This document shows, in pieces, positions 31,115-41,915 of a DNA stretch of 64,000 nucleotides (position 1 is the first letter of the stretch; each line of letters begins with the position of its first letter). Source of the stretch: an uncultured bacterium (GTDB taxonomy: Bacteria; UBP14; UBA6098; B30-G16); NCBI GenBank assembly GCA_965552135.1, contig CBEVQY010000007.1, positions 1 to 64,000 on the forward strand, read 5' to 3'. A program made the position numbers and the translations under genes. The notes beneath the pieces are model-generated. The model saw nothing but the letters and a program-made list of their open reading frames with translations. It was not told where the DNA came from and did not search any database.

Positions 31115-31673
31115 CTTTGGGCGGCCTTATCTTCGCCCTCCAAAGAGCCCTCGCAAGCGCGTAGGCAACGTAGCCCTTCACGATGTCGAAGGGCAAAAAA
31201 GGTATCGCGCCTATGGAGATAGCCTGTCCGAGGGTGATCCTTTTTCCCGCGATGGCGCCTGCCCAAAGCATGATCCAGGCGACGCCGAGAGTGTAGACGG
31301 TGGCTGTTGCCGCTGCGATGGCGATCGTTGCGGTGCGCGGCGAGGGCTTGTTCTTCGATATCGCGCCCACCACAGCCGCAGCAACAGGGAAAGCGACGAT
31401 GTAGCCGAAGGTGGGTCCTGCGACGACGGAGGGTCCTCCTTTGGCGCCTGCGAAGATCGGCAAGCCCGCAAGCCCCGCGACGACGTAGACCGCCTGCGCC
31501 GCAGCACCGCAGGCCGGACCAAGGAAAAACCCCGAGAAAAACACACCCAAAAGCTGCATCGTCACGGGTATCGGAAGCGGGACGGTGATGAAGGCTCCTG
31601 CTGCGGTTATCGCCGCGCAGAGCGCAACGAAGGCAAGCCGCAGAAGCCTGGCTCTGTGGGGTGTGTGGGGCAC
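31107..31673 (-). CDS. bioY: Biotin transporter BioY
   Basis: PIPVTMQ, GLAGLPIFAG..GG, GPTFGYIVAF, PFLPFDIVK. Confidence 0.93.
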   Translation of the reverse strand: MPHTPHRARLLRLAFVALCAAITAAGAFITVPLPIPVTMQLLGVFFSGFFLGPACGAAAQAVYVVAGLAGLPIFAGAKGGPSVVAGPTFGYIVAFPVAAAVVGAISKNKPSPRTATIAIAAATATVYTLGVAWIMLWAGAIAGKRITLGQAISIGAIPFLPFDIVKGYVAYALARALWRAKIRPPKAT

Positions 31674-31723
31674 ACGTTAAAGTTCGCGCCTCTTTGGATT
31701 TGCGCAAGAGCCTTTTGGGAGCG

Positions 31724-32788
31724 TTAGTATTTCTGGGGCTCCTCCTTACCCGTGAGGACGCGCAGGGCGCCCAGCGCAAGCGCCTCCATCTCGTTCTCGC
31801 CGGGGAAGACGTGGACGGGCGCGATCCACTCCACCTTCTTCTTGACCCAGTCGATGAACCAGTCGGAGTGGGCGATGCCTCCGGTTATGATGATCGCGTC
31901 GACGTCGCCGTCGAGGACGGCAGCATAAGCGCCTATGTACTTCCCGATCTGATACGCCATCGCCCGCGCGTAGAACTCCGCATCCTTGTCGCCATCGTCG
32001 ATCCTGCGCTTGACCTCGATCATATCGTCGGTGCCGATGTACGCCAGAAGCCCCCCGCGCTTTATGAGCTGGACCATAACCTCCTTCTCGGAGTACTTTC
32101 CCGAGAAGCACAGCTTCGCAAGCCCGGTTATTGGGAGAGTTCCGCAGCGCTGGGGTGAGAATGGTCCTTCGTCGTTGGCGTTGTTTACGTCGACCATCCT
32201 CCCGCGCCTGTGCGCCGAAATCGTTATCCCGCCGCCGAGGTGGGCGATGACGAGGTTCATCTCCTCGTAGGGCTTTCCCACCTGCTCGGCGAACTTCTTG
32301 GCGACCATCTTTATGTTTAGGGCGTGCCCCAGGCTCAAACGCGGTATCTCGGGATGCCCGGAAACCCTTGCGAGGTCGTCGAACTCGTCGACGCTTACGG
32401 GATCAACTATAAAGGCGGGTATCCCCAAGGGCTCGGCTATGTCGGCGGCAAGAAGGCAGCCTATGTTGCTTATGTGCTCCGCAAGAACCCGACCTTCCAA
32501 AACATCCCTCTTCATCTCCTCGGTGACGGGATAAGTTCCCGACCTGAGCGGCTTTATCGGTCCACCTCGCCCCACGACGGCGGAAAGGCTTTCGAGCTTT
32601 ACGCCCCTCTCCTGCAAAACCCGCCTTATGACCCCGGCGCGAAACTGATACTGCTCGCGGTAGTCGTAGAACTTTGCAAGCTCGTCGGGGCTGTGCTTGA
32701 TCGACTCCACAAAGACGGGCTTTTCGTCCTCGTAGAGCGCTATCTTAGTCGACGTCGACCCGGGGTTTATCGCGAGTATGCGGTACAT
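31724..32788 (-). CDS. buk: Butyrate kinase
   Basis: ILAINPGSTSTK, VGRGG, HISNIG, DPVSVDE, HALN, HLGGGIT, TGGIA, PGENEM. Confidence 0.96.
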   Translation of the reverse strand: MYRILAINPGSTSTKIALYEDEKPVFVESIKHSPDELAKFYDYREQYQFRAGVIRRVLQERGVKLESLSAVVGRGGPIKPLRSGTYPVTEEMKRDVLEGRVLAEHISNIGCLLAADIAEPLGIPAFIVDPVSVDEFDDLARVSGHPEIPRLSLGHALNIKMVAKKFAEQVGKPYEEMNLVIAHLGGGITISAHRRGRMVDVNNANDEGPFSPQRCGTLPITGLAKLCFSGKYSEKEVMVQLIKRGGLLAYIGTDDMIEVKRRIDDGDKDAEFYARAMAYQIGKYIGAYAAVLDGDVDAIIITGGIAHSDWFIDWVKKKVEWIAPVHVFPGENEMEALALGALRVLTGKEEPQKY

Positions 32789-33662
32789 AGTCGGGACCTC
32801 CTTTTGACGCAAGTTTTTCCTTGAACCTGCAGAACGCACACACTTCAAGGCTTGTGGGTTCGCCGCATCGGGCGCACTCGCGCAGTGGCGAACTCTCCGC
32901 CGCCCTGAAGAAATCGGACGAGGCTATGATCGAGTCCACAAATATCCTCCTGAAGTTCGGCTGCCAGCTTTCGATTTCGTATATAGTTTCGTACCAGCGC
33001 CTTCTTTTGCGGTCGAGCCTGCGCTTGAGGGACACATACGGGCAGACCTCCTGCGCAAGATAGGGAAGACCAAGCTCTTTGCACACAAATTCGGTCTCGA
33101 CAGAGCCTATCTCCATAAGGGGGCGTATGCGCGTAAGCTGCTTTGGGTGATCGCCGCGAAGCAGGGGTTTAAACTTCGATATCCACTCGAAGTTCCTGCC
33201 GAGGAAGTTTTTGAAGAAGAAGACTATGTAGTCGTCGGCGTGGTGCCCTGTGGCAAGCTTTGTGGCACCCATCTGCCGCGGAACCCTGTTGAGAAGATAG
33301 CGCTTTATCGTTCCGCACAGGCTGCAGATGGGGCGTCTGTCGCGGCGCGAAAGCTCCTCAAGCGAGATCTCATCCGCCACGCTGAAAAGCTTTAGCGGTA
33401 TTCCCAAAACCTCGCACTGCTTCTGCACGGTCTGGCGGACGATGCCTGAGCCCTCGAGGTCCCAGTCGAGGTGGAAGCCGACGATTTCGGCGTCTATGCC
33501 GCGGCGGTCGACGAACTCCTTGAGGAAATACGCCGCCGCAAGGCTGTCCTTGCCGCCGCTCAGCCCCACGAAGACAACATCGCCCCGCTCCACGAGGCGC
33601 CAACGCGATATGGTGCGGAAGACAACCCTGCTTATCGAATCTATATCGAGCTTCGACGACAT
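32745..33662 (-). CDS. TtcA/TtuA-family tRNA thiolase (PP-loop ATPase)
   Basis: SGGKDS, CSLCGTIKRY, ATGHHADD, RIRPL, CPY, C-terminal CARCGEP...CAFC. Upstream TTGACA-N16-TAATCT favours ATG 33662. Confidence 0.88.
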   Translation of the reverse strand: MSSKLDIDSISRVVFRTISRWRLVERGDVVFVGLSGGKDSLAAAYFLKEFVDRRGIDAEIVGFHLDWDLEGSGIVRQTVQKQCEVLGIPLKLFSVADEISLEELSRRDRRPICSLCGTIKRYLLNRVPRQMGATKLATGHHADDYIVFFFKNFLGRNFEWISKFKPLLRGDHPKQLTRIRPLMEIGSVETEFVCKELGLPYLAQEVCPYVSLKRRLDRKRRRWYETIYEIESWQPNFRRIFVDSIIASSDFFRAAESSPLRECARCGEPTSLEVCAFCRFKEKLASKGGPDYVPHTRDKPRVDVD

Positions 33663-33716
33663 GCCTCGTAAGAGATTACTCAATGAGCTTAAAATGTCAA
33701 GCCCTTTGGTTATGTA

Positions 33717-34532
33717 CTAAAGCTCCCACCTTATGCCCAAAAGTCCGCGTTTGCCGCAGGGGCGGATGGGCTGATCCTCGCGAAACACGTAGCCCCAAAA
33801 GAGGGACATTGCTCCGAACCTGCCGTAGTAGGCGAGTGCGACGTGCGCGTACTGCCTTTGGGTCACCCTGTGGTCCGTCTGGATCCACAGGGTTGGTCTG
33901 TATTCGAGCTCAAGCTGCGCCGGACCAAAGCCCGCCAAAGCCACCCTCACCTCAAGCCTTATCCTGTCCCAGAAGGGGTGCATGTACTGGAACCAGAAGG
34001 GCGATTTCGGTCGCGGGAAGAAGCCGAAGCCAAGGCACCAGTCGACCGAGGGCTTGAGCCAAAAGGATTTTGGCTGTCTGCGGATGATCCTGCGCCTTAC
34101 GTCTTTGAGGTGGCTTTCGGGGGCGAAGACGAATTCGAAGAGGTTCCAGATTATCGTCGGCTCCGTCTTGCGGTCGACCTCGTGGAAGCAGTCGTGATAC
34201 CAGAGGAACGAAAGGGTATATCCCCAAAGCGCGGCTCGTATGCCCGGCACAAGCGAGTAGTGCATGTCCCGCGGGTCGAAGATGATTTCCTCCTCCTGAT
34301 ACCCCATCCCCGTCCATATGGTGGTTCCGGCGCAGAGGGTGAGGCTTGCGTCGTCTCCGAAGGAGAGGGCGAGCATATCGACCGAAAGGTCCACCATCCC
34401 CTCGGTGAAGAATCGCTGGTTTCGCGGGATATATCGCAAAAGGTGCGCCTCGCCGCGCCACTTCACGGGCGCGGAGACCTCGAGCCCAAAGGAAGCGCCC
34501 AAAAGCGCCAATGCCGCAAAAGCAAACCTCAT
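33717..34532 (-). CDS. Hypothetical secreted/outer-membrane protein
   Basis: Signal peptide, aromatic-rich strands, C-terminal GIRWEL. Confidence 0.6.
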   Translation of the reverse strand: MRFAFAALALLGASFGLEVSAPVKWRGEAHLLRYIPRNQRFFTEGMVDLSVDMLALSFGDDASLTLCAGTTIWTGMGYQEEEIIFDPRDMHYSLVPGIRAALWGYTLSFLWYHDCFHEVDRKTEPTIIWNLFEFVFAPESHLKDVRRRIIRRQPKSFWLKPSVDWCLGFGFFPRPKSPFWFQYMHPFWDRIRLEVRVALAGFGPAQLELEYRPTLWIQTDHRVTQRQYAHVALAYYGRFGAMSLFWGYVFREDQPIRPCGKRGLLGIRWEL

Positions 34533-35395
34533 CTCCCCTCAAACCAAAAGGTATATTCGGGCGAAAGGCAGAAGTACCTTCCGAAAGAGTTCACGTATGG
34601 CGTGAGCTTTCCTGGCTTTTTGTTGGCGTACCATCGCAGCACGTCGAACCCGGCGGTTACGCCGAAGAGGTTTTCGGCTATCCCCCAGCCGGCGGGGTCT
34701 GTGGCAAGCGATGAGGAGAAGCCCACATAGAAGTAGCTGTAGGGTCGAACGACGACCTCGACCTTGAGGATGGAGTAGTTGTCGGTATGGGTAGATTTCC
34801 CCGGCGGCGGCTGCGGGACGTTGTCGGTAAAGACCTTCGGGAAGTCGGCTATCCGCCTGGCGAACACGTCGAGCCTGTCCCAGCGGCGAATGCCCACGCG
34901 AACATCGAGCGGAACGGAGTAGTGCTTCTTCACATACCAAAGCGCTATGCCGCCTACGTTGAACGCCTCGTCCCAGAGGGAAAGCCCCCATCTGTTCTCG
35001 CCGTCGGAGGCGTCCAGGATCTCTATCGCGCTCAGCGTGAGGAAGGTCATCCCCATAGCGCAAAGCTCGCAGTCCTTGCCGAAGTATCGCCTCAGGACCC
35101 AGTGGTGGAAGTCGGTTAGGTTTTCGCCGTTCCAGAGGTGCCAGAGCTTGTCCTCGAGGTATGGCTCTTGGTCGCGGATGTTTTTGAACGGGTTTTGCCC
35201 GAAGGCGTGCCTCCACCAGTACCTTGATGCGATGATCGGACCTGCGACGTACTCGAGGCTCAGCCAAAGCCACCCAACCCACTGTGGTCCTATTTTCTGC
35301 TCGTTTTCTTGCGCGCAGTTTGCGCTCTTTTGTGTGCCCTGAGCGCACAGGACGGAGGCGACCAGGACGAAAGCTATAACCAACGCCGGGCGCAT
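34529..35395 (-). CDS. Hypothetical protein, DUF2279/YfiM-like
   Basis: Signal peptide; YWW, EDKLWH, IEILD..GLSLWD..FNVGG. Upstream TTGACC-N18-TAGATT-N7-ATG. Confidence 0.6.
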   Translation of the reverse strand: MRPALVIAFVLVASVLCAQGTQKSANCAQENEQKIGPQWVGWLWLSLEYVAGPIIASRYWWRHAFGQNPFKNIRDQEPYLEDKLWHLWNGENLTDFHHWVLRRYFGKDCELCAMGMTFLTLSAIEILDASDGENRWGLSLWDEAFNVGGIALWYVKKHYSVPLDVRVGIRRWDRLDVFARRIADFPKVFTDNVPQPPPGKSTHTDNYSILKVEVVVRPYSYFYVGFSSSLATDPAGWGIAENLFGVTAGFDVLRWYANKKPGKLTPYVNSFGRYFCLSPEYTFWFEGR

Positions 35396-35449
35396 CGGCG
35401 AAAATCTAAGCCCGAACGCGCCGCAAGGTCAAGGGGAAAGAGGGGAGCC

Positions 35450-37150
35450 TCAGCCCTTTTGCTTGAGCTTCTTCTCTATCTTAGCCCACGTGTCCTTGAG
35501 TGGTACGGTCAGGTTGAACACAAGCTTTCCGAGCTTTTCGGTGTCGGGGTCGACGCAGAAGTACCCGTGCCGCATAAACTGGAACCGCTCGCCGGGCTTG
35601 GCGTCCTTGAGGCTGGGCTCGACAAGACAGTCCGTCAGAACCTCGAGGGATTTCGGGTTTATGTAGTCCTTCCAGTCCTTTCCCTCCTCGACGTTTGTGG
35701 GGTCTGGCACGGTGAAGAGTCTGTCGTAGAGCCTCACCTCGGCGGGGATTGCATGTCTTGCGCTGACGAAGTGGAGCGTTCCGCGGACGACCCTTCCGTC
35801 GGGTGTGCTGCCGCCGCGCGACTCAGGATCGTAGGTGCAGTGAACCTCAACAACCTCACCCCTTTCGTCCTTGACGACGTCAACGCACTTTATGTAGTAG
35901 GCGTGCTTCAGTCGAACCTCGTTGCCCGGGTAGAGGCGGAAGTACTTTGGCGGCGGGTCTTCCGTAAAGTCGGTCTGCTCGATGTAGATTTCGCGGCAGA
36001 ACGGGATCTTCCTTGTGCCCGCGCTTGGGTCTTCGGGGTTGTTTATCGCGTCGAACCACTCGACCTTGTCCTCGGGGTAGTTTACGATGACGACCTTAAG
36101 CGGTCGCAGCACCGCCATCCTGCGGGGTGCCACCTTGTTCAGATGCTCGCGAACGCAGTGCTCCAGAAGCGCGATGTCGACGAGGTTGTCCGCCTTCGAG
36201 ACGCCTATGCGCTCGCAGAAGTCCCTTATCGCCTCCGGCGTGTATCCTCGTCTTCGCAGCCCCGCGATGGTTGGCATGCGCGGGTCGTCCCAGCCCGAAA
36301 CGACCCCCGACTCCACAAGCTCGCTCAGCTTGCGCTTGCTCAGTACGGTGTGGCTTAGGTTGAGCCTTGCGAACTCTATCTGCCTTGGGTGGTGGACGCC
36401 GAGGGCATCGAGGAACCAGTCGTAGAGCGGTCTGTGGTCCTCGAACTCGAGCGTGCAGAGGGAGTGGGTTATCCCCTCTATCGAGTCGCACTGTCCGTGC
36501 GCCCAGTCGTAGCTCGGGTAGATGCACCACTTGTCGCCCGTGCGGTAGTGCCGCGCGTGGATGATGCGGTACATTATCGGGTCGCGCATGTTCATGTTGG
36601 GTGAGGACATGTCTATTTTTGCGCGCAGCGTCTTCGAGCCGTCGGGGAACTCGCCCGCTCGCATCCTGCGGAAAAGCTCAAGGTTCTCCTCGACGGAGCG
36701 GTTCCTGTAGGGGCTCTCCTTCCCGGGCTCTGTGAGGGTGCCGCGATATTCGCGAACCTCCTCGGGGCTTAGGTCGCAAACATACGCCTTGCCCTCCTTT
36801 ATGAGTTTCTCTGCCCACTCGTAGAGCTTGTCGAAGTAGTCGGAGGCGAAGTACAGTCTGTCCTCCCAGTCTACCCCCAGCCAGCGAACGTCCTCGATTA
36901 TCGCCTTGACGTATTCCTCCGCCTCGGTGAGTGGGTTTGTGTCGTCGAGGCGGAGGTTGAACTTCCCACCGTACTCCTTGGCGATGTTGTAGTTCAGGAA
37001 AATCGCCTTTGCGTGCCCGATGTGGAGGTATCCGTTCGGTTCGGGCGGGAAGCGCGTGTGGACCCGACCGCCAAAGCGACCGGTGCGGATGTCCTCCTCG
37101 ATTATCTCGCGGATGAAATCTTTCGGCTTTTTGTCCTTCTCCTTCGCCAT
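35450..37150 (-). CDS. glnS: Glutamine--tRNA ligase
   Basis: [62 protein letters not shown]. Confidence 0.98.
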   Translation of the reverse strand: MAKEKDKKPKDFIREIIEEDIRTGRFGGRVHTRFPPEPNGYLHIGHAKAIFLNYNIAKEYGGKFNLRLDDTNPLTEAEEYVKAIIEDVRWLGVDWEDRLYFASDYFDKLYEWAEKLIKEGKAYVCDLSPEEVREYRGTLTEPGKESPYRNRSVEENLELFRRMRAGEFPDGSKTLRAKIDMSSPNMNMRDPIMYRIIHARHYRTGDKWCIYPSYDWAHGQCDSIEGITHSLCTLEFEDHRPLYDWFLDALGVHHPRQIEFARLNLSHTVLSKRKLSELVESGVVSGWDDPRMPTIAGLRRRGYTPEAIRDFCERIGVSKADNLVDIALLEHCVREHLNKVAPRRMAVLRPLKVVIVNYPEDKVEWFDAINNPEDPSAGTRKIPFCREIYIEQTDFTEDPPPKYFRLYPGNEVRLKHAYYIKCVDVVKDERGEVVEVHCTYDPESRGGSTPDGRVVRGTLHFVSARHAIPAEVRLYDRLFTVPDPTNVEEGKDWKDYINPKSLEVLTDCLVEPSLKDAKPGERFQFMRHGYFCVDPDTEKLGKLVFNLTVPLKDTWAKIEKKLKQKG

Positions 37151-37279
37151 ACATCCCTCCGCGATAATGCTTAAAAAAGTTTTTCGAAGGCGTCCCCATC
37201 TGTCAAGGGAAACCATCGCATCCGCTTGACAGAGCTTTTGAGCAAGGGTTATATTAGCTGGTGCTTCGGAGGTGAGGGT

Positions 37280-37741
37280 ATGAGGCTTGCCATAGGTTCA
37301 GATCACGCGGGGTTTGAGCTTAAGGAGGTCATTCGCGACGCGCTTGTGTCGGAGGGTTTTGACGTTGAGGACCTTGGGACGCACTACCCGACCCCTTCCG
37401 ACTATCCCGACTTTGCGCGTGCGGTTGGGGAGGCTGTTGCCTCGGGGAGGGCGGATTTCGGCGTGCTCGTCTGCGGGACGGGGATCGGGATGTCCATCGC
37501 TGCGAACAAGGTTAGGGGTGTGCGCGCGGCTTTGTGCACGTCCGAGTGGTTCGCCCAGATGGCGAGGCGACACAACAACGCCAACGTGATCTGCCTCCCC
37601 GCCCGCGCGATGGAGCCCTCCGATGCAACGAGGATCGTCAGGGTCTTCCTCTCCACCCCCTTCGACGGCGACACTCCGCGGGGCGCAAGGCACCTGCGGC
37701 GCGTGCAGAAGATCGCTCAAATCGAGGGGGAAGGGCGGTGA
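37280..37741 (+). CDS. rpiB: Ribose-5-phosphate isomerase B
   Basis: [36 protein letters not shown]. Upstream TTGACA-N18-TATATT. Confidence 0.96.
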   Translation: MRLAIGSDHAGFELKEVIRDALVSEGFDVEDLGTHYPTPSDYPDFARAVGEAVASGRADFGVLVCGTGIGMSIAANKVRGVRAALCTSEWFAQMARRHNNANVICLPARAMEPSDATRIVRVFLSTPFDGDTPRGARHLRRVQKIAQIEGEGR

Positions 37742-37986
37742 ACCTTTACGTCGTTTGGCTTTTGGGCGCGGGAGTGCTTCTTTTGGCGCAGGCGCTCTTG
37801 CCCGGGCTTTTCATCGTTTGGTTTGGGCTTGGCGCTTTCGCCGCGGGGTTCGTGGCGCTTATCGGAGCGCCTTTGGGCTATCAGCTGGCGGTCTTTTTTG
37901 GGGTTTCGGTTGCAACTCTTTTTGCCGCGACGCTTTCCGCCCGCAAAGGCTCCCCGAGGGTCGACGGAGGAAGCCGCAAGGCTTAG
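37738..37986 (+). CDS. Short NfeD-like membrane protein (N-terminal part only)
   Basis: WLLGAG.LLLAQALLPGLFIVWFGLGA...QLAVF; GTGA overlap with rpiB. Confidence 0.6.
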   Translation: MNLYVVWLLGAGVLLLAQALLPGLFIVWFGLGAFAAGFVALIGAPLGYQLAVFFGVSVATLFAATLSARKGSPRVDGGSRKA

Positions 37987-38092
37987 CCGCCTTTGGCGGC
38001 GCTTCGGCATATGCTGCAGAGGAGCGACCCGGTGAGCTTAGGCTTGATTCCCCGCCTCCTGTGGGGGCAGCTGCGAGGGTGGTGCCTTCTCG

Positions 38093-39061
38093 CTACGTCT
38101 TGAGCTCCTCGTACACGCCCATCCGCCTGTACTTGGCGATCCTTCGCTTCACAAGCTCGTCCTTTGGTATGGACGAAAGCCTCTTAAGCTCTTCGACCAC
38201 GGCGTCCTTTACGATTCGTGCGGCTTCGTCGTAGTTTGAGTGGGCGCCGCCGGGCGGTTCTGGCAGGACCTTGTCGATCACTCCGAGTTCGAGGAGGTCT
38301 TGTGCCGTCACCTTGAGCGCGTCGGCGGACTGCGGCGCATACGCTCTGTCGCGGAAGAGTATCGCTGCGCAGCCCTCGGGGGAGATGACCGAGTACCACG
38401 CGTTCTCCATCATCATAACGGTGTCGCCCACGCCTATTCCGAGCGCGCCGCCCGAAGCGCCCTCGCCTATGATGACGATCACCACAGGCGTCCTCAGGCG
38501 CGACATCTCGCGGATGTTCCTCGCTATCGCCTCCGCCTGACCCCGCTCCTCCGCGCCTATGCCGGGATACGCCCCGGGCGTGTCGATGAAGACCACAACG
38601 GGAAGGTCGAACTTCTCCGCAAGCTTCATCGCCCTGAGCGCCTTCCTGTAGCCTTCGGGGTGCATCATCCCGAAGTTGCGGCGGATGTTTTCGTTTGCGT
38701 CGTGTCCCTTCTGCTGACCGACGACGACAAGCTTTATCCCCTCGACTGTGGCGAAGCCGCATACTACGGCGGGGTCGTCGCGGAAGTTTCGGTCGCCGTG
38801 GATCTCGAAGAAGTTCGTTGCTATGCGCTCGATGTAGTCGAGGGTGTATGGTCTTTTTGGGTGGCGCGCGACCTGAACGCGCTGCCAGCGGGTAAGACCC
38901 CGGTAAATCTCGACCTTGAGCTTGGCGAGCTTGCGCTCAAGCGCCGTTATCTCAGCCTCGAGGTTCACACCGTCCTGAGAGGCTATGGAGCGCATCTCCT
39001 CGATCTTGCGCTCCAGCTCCACGATGGGACGCTCGAAGTCCAGAACAAACTCCACTGCCAT
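38093..39061 (-). CDS. accA: Acetyl-CoA carboxylase carboxyltransferase alpha
   Basis: LDFERPI, ARHPKRP, PEGYRKALR, DTPGAYPG..AEERGQ, YSVISPEGCA. Confidence 0.98.
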   Translation of the reverse strand: MAVEFVLDFERPIVELERKIEEMRSIASQDGVNLEAEITALERKLAKLKVEIYRGLTRWQRVQVARHPKRPYTLDYIERIATNFFEIHGDRNFRDDPAVVCGFATVEGIKLVVVGQQKGHDANENIRRNFGMMHPEGYRKALRAMKLAEKFDLPVVVFIDTPGAYPGIGAEERGQAEAIARNIREMSRLRTPVVIVIIGEGASGGALGIGVGDTVMMMENAWYSVISPEGCAAILFRDRAYAPQSADALKVTAQDLLELGVIDKVLPEPPGGAHSNYDEAARIVKDAVVEELKRLSSIPKDELVKRRIAKYRRMGVYEELKT

Positions 39062-39127
39062 GGCACACCTCGCAGCGCCTCGCCCTATTAACTTAGCGAT
39101 TGAGCGCCAAAGCGCAACCGCTTTGTG

Positions 39128-39520
39128 TCAAGAGCCCCTCCGACCTAGGATGTCCCTTATCGCAGCCTCAAGATCAGATATCCGAAACGGCTTTATCATG
39201 ACCTTTTGTATGTTGAGCGCCTTCGAGTAGGTGTGGAGCTTGTCGGTATCAAACCCCGTGAGGACCATGATGGGCAGCTTCGGGTACTTCCTGCGCACCT
39301 TGCGGATGAGGTCGTAGCCGCTTTCGGTGGGCATCCGTATGTCGGTTATGAGTATGTCGAAGGCGCCGCTTGCAAGAAGCTTTAAAACCTCCTTGGGGTT
39401 CGAAGTAACCGTCACCGAAAAGCCCAGAAGGTCCCCAAGCTCCTTCATCACGTAGCACCAGTTGAACTCATCGTCGACAAAGAGTATGTGCGGGACCTTT
39501 TCCGACGTCTTTTCGCCCAA
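39128..39520 (-). CDS. Single-domain response regulator receiver
   Basis: ILFVDDE, ITDIRMP, LTG, KPF. Confidence 0.9.
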   Translation of the reverse strand: MGEKTSEKVPHILFVDDEFNWCYVMKELGDLLGFSVTVTSNPKEVLKLLASGAFDILITDIRMPTESGYDLIRKVRRKYPKLPIMVLTGFDTDKLHTYSKALNIQKVMIKPFRISDLEAAIRDILGRRGS

Positions 39521-39982
39521 CTAATACCCCCTCCTTTTGAGGTATTCCCTAAGCTCCCTTTCCTTTTCGCGCTCCTTTTGCTTTTCAATAAGATATTGCT
39601 TCTTCTGGTATTTTTTTCGTCCTCTGGCAAGTGCTATCTTTACCTTGACAAGCCCCCGGCTGAAGTAGACCTCGAGGGGTATTATAGTCAGTCCGCGTTC
39701 CTCGGTGCGGGATCGAAGCTTTAGGATCTCCCTTTTGTGCAAAAGGAGCTTTCTTTTTCGCTTTGGGTCGGGGGTGAATGCGCTCGATTTTTCGTAGGGC
39801 GCTATGTGCATTCCGTAGAGCCAAACCTCACCGTCCTTGACCCTCGCGTATGCGTCGTCTATGCTCACCCTGCCTGCCCGAACCGACTTGACCTCCGAGC
39901 CAACCAGAACTATCCCCGCCTCGAAGGTCTCTATGATCTCGAAGTCGCGCAGAGCCTTCCGGTTTTTCGCAACCACCTTCAA
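39521..39982 (-). CDS. smpB: SsrA-binding protein
   Basis: NRKA, EAGIVLVGSEVKS, RKLLLHKREI, LARGRK. Confidence 0.97.
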   Translation of the reverse strand: MKVVAKNRKALRDFEIIETFEAGIVLVGSEVKSVRAGRVSIDDAYARVKDGEVWLYGMHIAPYEKSSAFTPDPKRKRKLLLHKREILKLRSRTEERGLTIIPLEVYFSRGLVKVKIALARGRKKYQKKQYLIEKQKEREKERELREYLKRRGY

Positions 39983-39991
39983 CCTTTCTCC

Positions 39992-40020
39992 TTGACATAC
40001 CGTCTCTCTGGGTTCAAAAT
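39992..40020 (+). promoter_or_regulatory. sigma70-like promoter of tRNA-Leu
   Basis: TTGACA-N17-CAAAAT. Confidence 0.55.
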
Positions 40021-40056
40021 AATTAAGCGAGGGGGTTTTCCCAAGGTGGAATTTGC

Positions 40057-40142
40057 GCCGGGGTGGCGGAATTGGCAGACGCGCTAGACTCAGGATCTAG
40101 TGGGCGATAAAGCCCATGCGGGTTCAAGTCCCGCCCCCGGCA
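40057..40142 (+). tRNA. tRNA-Leu (CAG), CCA not encoded
   Basis: Acceptor GCCGGGG/CCCCGGC+A, D-loop GGAATTGGCAGAC, anticodon arm CTAGA-CTCAGGA-TCTAG, long variable arm, GGTTCAAGTC T-loop. Confidence 0.97.
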
Positions 40143-40145
40143 GTT

Positions 40146-41837
40146 TCAGCCCGTCTGGTCTTGGGTTGGCTGCGGCGGTTGTTCTTCGGGCGGTGGCTGC
40201 TCGATTTCGAACGTCTCAACGGCTGTGATTGGTCCTCTGGTTGCCGCCACGGCTGCCGCGACTGTGCCCCACAGAAGCAGGATGAGTGCGGCGTAAAACG
40301 GCGGCACCGCCGCCTTCGAGGGCGAGGCACCAACCAGTATCCTCCACCGGGGCGAGGAAAGCCCGTAGCTTGAGGCAAAGTAGCTCTTCTCCCGCTCCGT
40401 CGTCTCCTTTACGATGCCCACGCTCACGTCCCTTGCGGCGACGAAGTACCGCTCGCCCTTGCTCTGCACCAGTATCGAATCGCTGCGCCGGCTGCCTGTG
40501 GGGAAGTTGGGTATCCACAGGATCAGGTAGCGGGAGGGCTTCAGGCTTTCGATGCGGGCGAGCACGGAATCCTTCTGGTCGTCTGTGGCTTCCCTCAGGG
40601 CTTTGTATTCGTCGACCAATCGGCGGAAGACCGGGTCGGACGGCGATACCACGGGCAGAAGGACGTAGCTTTTCTTCGCGGCGCCGAGTCTTTCGGAGGT
40701 TGTTGCGCGCTCGGTGTCGTGCCAGCCGTCGAGGAGGGCGACGAAGCGCTTTTGGGGTTTCGTCCAGCCCAAAACGTCCTCGACGGTCACCGCCTGCGGG
40801 AGCGGATTTGTGAGCGCCGGGTATGCCAGCACGGCGAAAACCGCCGACGCGCAGAGGGCGAAAAGGAGCGCTCTGCCGAGCTTTCCGCGCCTGCGCGCAA
40901 ACGGCAGAAGCGGCAGCGCCAAAAGCTTCGAAAACCCCTCGAGCCTGTCCTCGGTCCGCCAGTCTATGAGAGTCGGTGGCGCATCTGTCGCGGGCAGCTC
41001 CTTGGCTCGCCTCTCCTCGGCGACACGCCTGTGCCACGACTCGTCAAAGCCCTCGGCTGCCTCGCGATCGACCGAGGGATCGTACTCCGGGAGGGCGAAG
41101 ATGCAGTGTCTTGCGAGGAGATCGCGGAGCCTTTCGCCGCCCTCAAGGAGGGCGAGTGGGAATCTGCGCACAGTTCCGTCGGCGAAGGCGATGACCAGAA
41201 GCCTGCCCCAGCGTTGCCCCAAAAGCTTGCCCGCAGGATGGTCGTCCCTTATGCCCACAAGCCTGACGTCCTCGAGGCGGTAGCTGCAGGTTGCGAGCGG
41301 GTCGGATATGGCGATGCGTCCGTCCGAAAGCTCGCACTTTATTTTCGTTGCCAGCGCCGCGATCGCCGCCGGCAGGGCGAAGAGCGCCAAGGTAAACACC
41401 CAGAGCACAGGCGTTCTCACAAATCCCGCGCTTGCGAGGAACGCGACGGCAGCCGCGCAGAACACAGCGATCCTCACAAGCTTTGCGTTCCTGCCCGCCT
41501 CGAACGAAGCTTTCGGCGGTGGCTCCTCGGGCTTGGCTTCTGCGGCTTGCGGCGCCTCGCCAACGCGCTCCAGGTGGGCGGATATGCCGCGGCTCGCCAT
41601 CTGGTCCAGAAGGCGCGTGGCGCGCCCGAGGTCGTACTCGCCCGAAACACGTATCCCACCGCCGCAGAGAGCTCGCTCAACACGCTCGGGAGGGATACCC
41701 AAAGCCTTCGAGAGTATCCCCAAAGCCGCACGCCTCGCAGACGGATCCGAAGATACACCGTCTATTACGATGCGATATTTGCCCGCAGGGTCGTCCATCC
41801 CAATATTAAAGTTCGCCACCTTTTCCCCCTCGGTCAA
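40146..41837 (-). CDS. Hypothetical multi-pass membrane protein
   Basis: 563-aa ORF with several TM segments. Start codon uncertain. Confidence 0.6.
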   Translation of the reverse strand: MTEGEKVANFNIGMDDPAGKYRIVIDGVSSDPSARRAALGILSKALGIPPERVERALCGGGIRVSGEYDLGRATRLLDQMASRGISAHLERVGEAPQAAEAKPEEPPPKASFEAGRNAKLVRIAVFCAAAVAFLASAGFVRTPVLWVFTLALFALPAAIAALATKIKCELSDGRIAISDPLATCSYRLEDVRLVGIRDDHPAGKLLGQRWGRLLVIAFADGTVRRFPLALLEGGERLRDLLARHCIFALPEYDPSVDREAAEGFDESWHRRVAEERRAKELPATDAPPTLIDWRTEDRLEGFSKLLALPLLPFARRRGKLGRALLFALCASAVFAVLAYPALTNPLPQAVTVEDVLGWTKPQKRFVALLDGWHDTERATTSERLGAAKKSYVLLPVVSPSDPVFRRLVDEYKALREATDDQKDSVLARIESLKPSRYLILWIPNFPTGSRRSDSILVQSKGERYFVAARDVSVGIVKETTEREKSYFASSYGLSSPRWRILVGASPSKAAVPPFYAALILLLWGTVAAAVAATRGPITAVETFEIEQPPPEEQPPQPTQDQTG

Positions 41838-41915
41838 CGCAAAAAGTTCTTGACTTAAGCGTTGTGGTGGCTATTTTAAATTTGTCATTCGCAAATTCGA
41901 AAAACTGAATTACAA

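Noticed and set aside
39521..40056. tmRNA next to smpB
   Set aside because: The adjacent RNA is a tRNA-Leu; no ssrA ends or tag frame recognisable
40057..40142. tRNA-Leu as integration site of an island
   Set aside because: No duplicate of the tRNA 3' end and no integrase noticed in the window (search by eye only)
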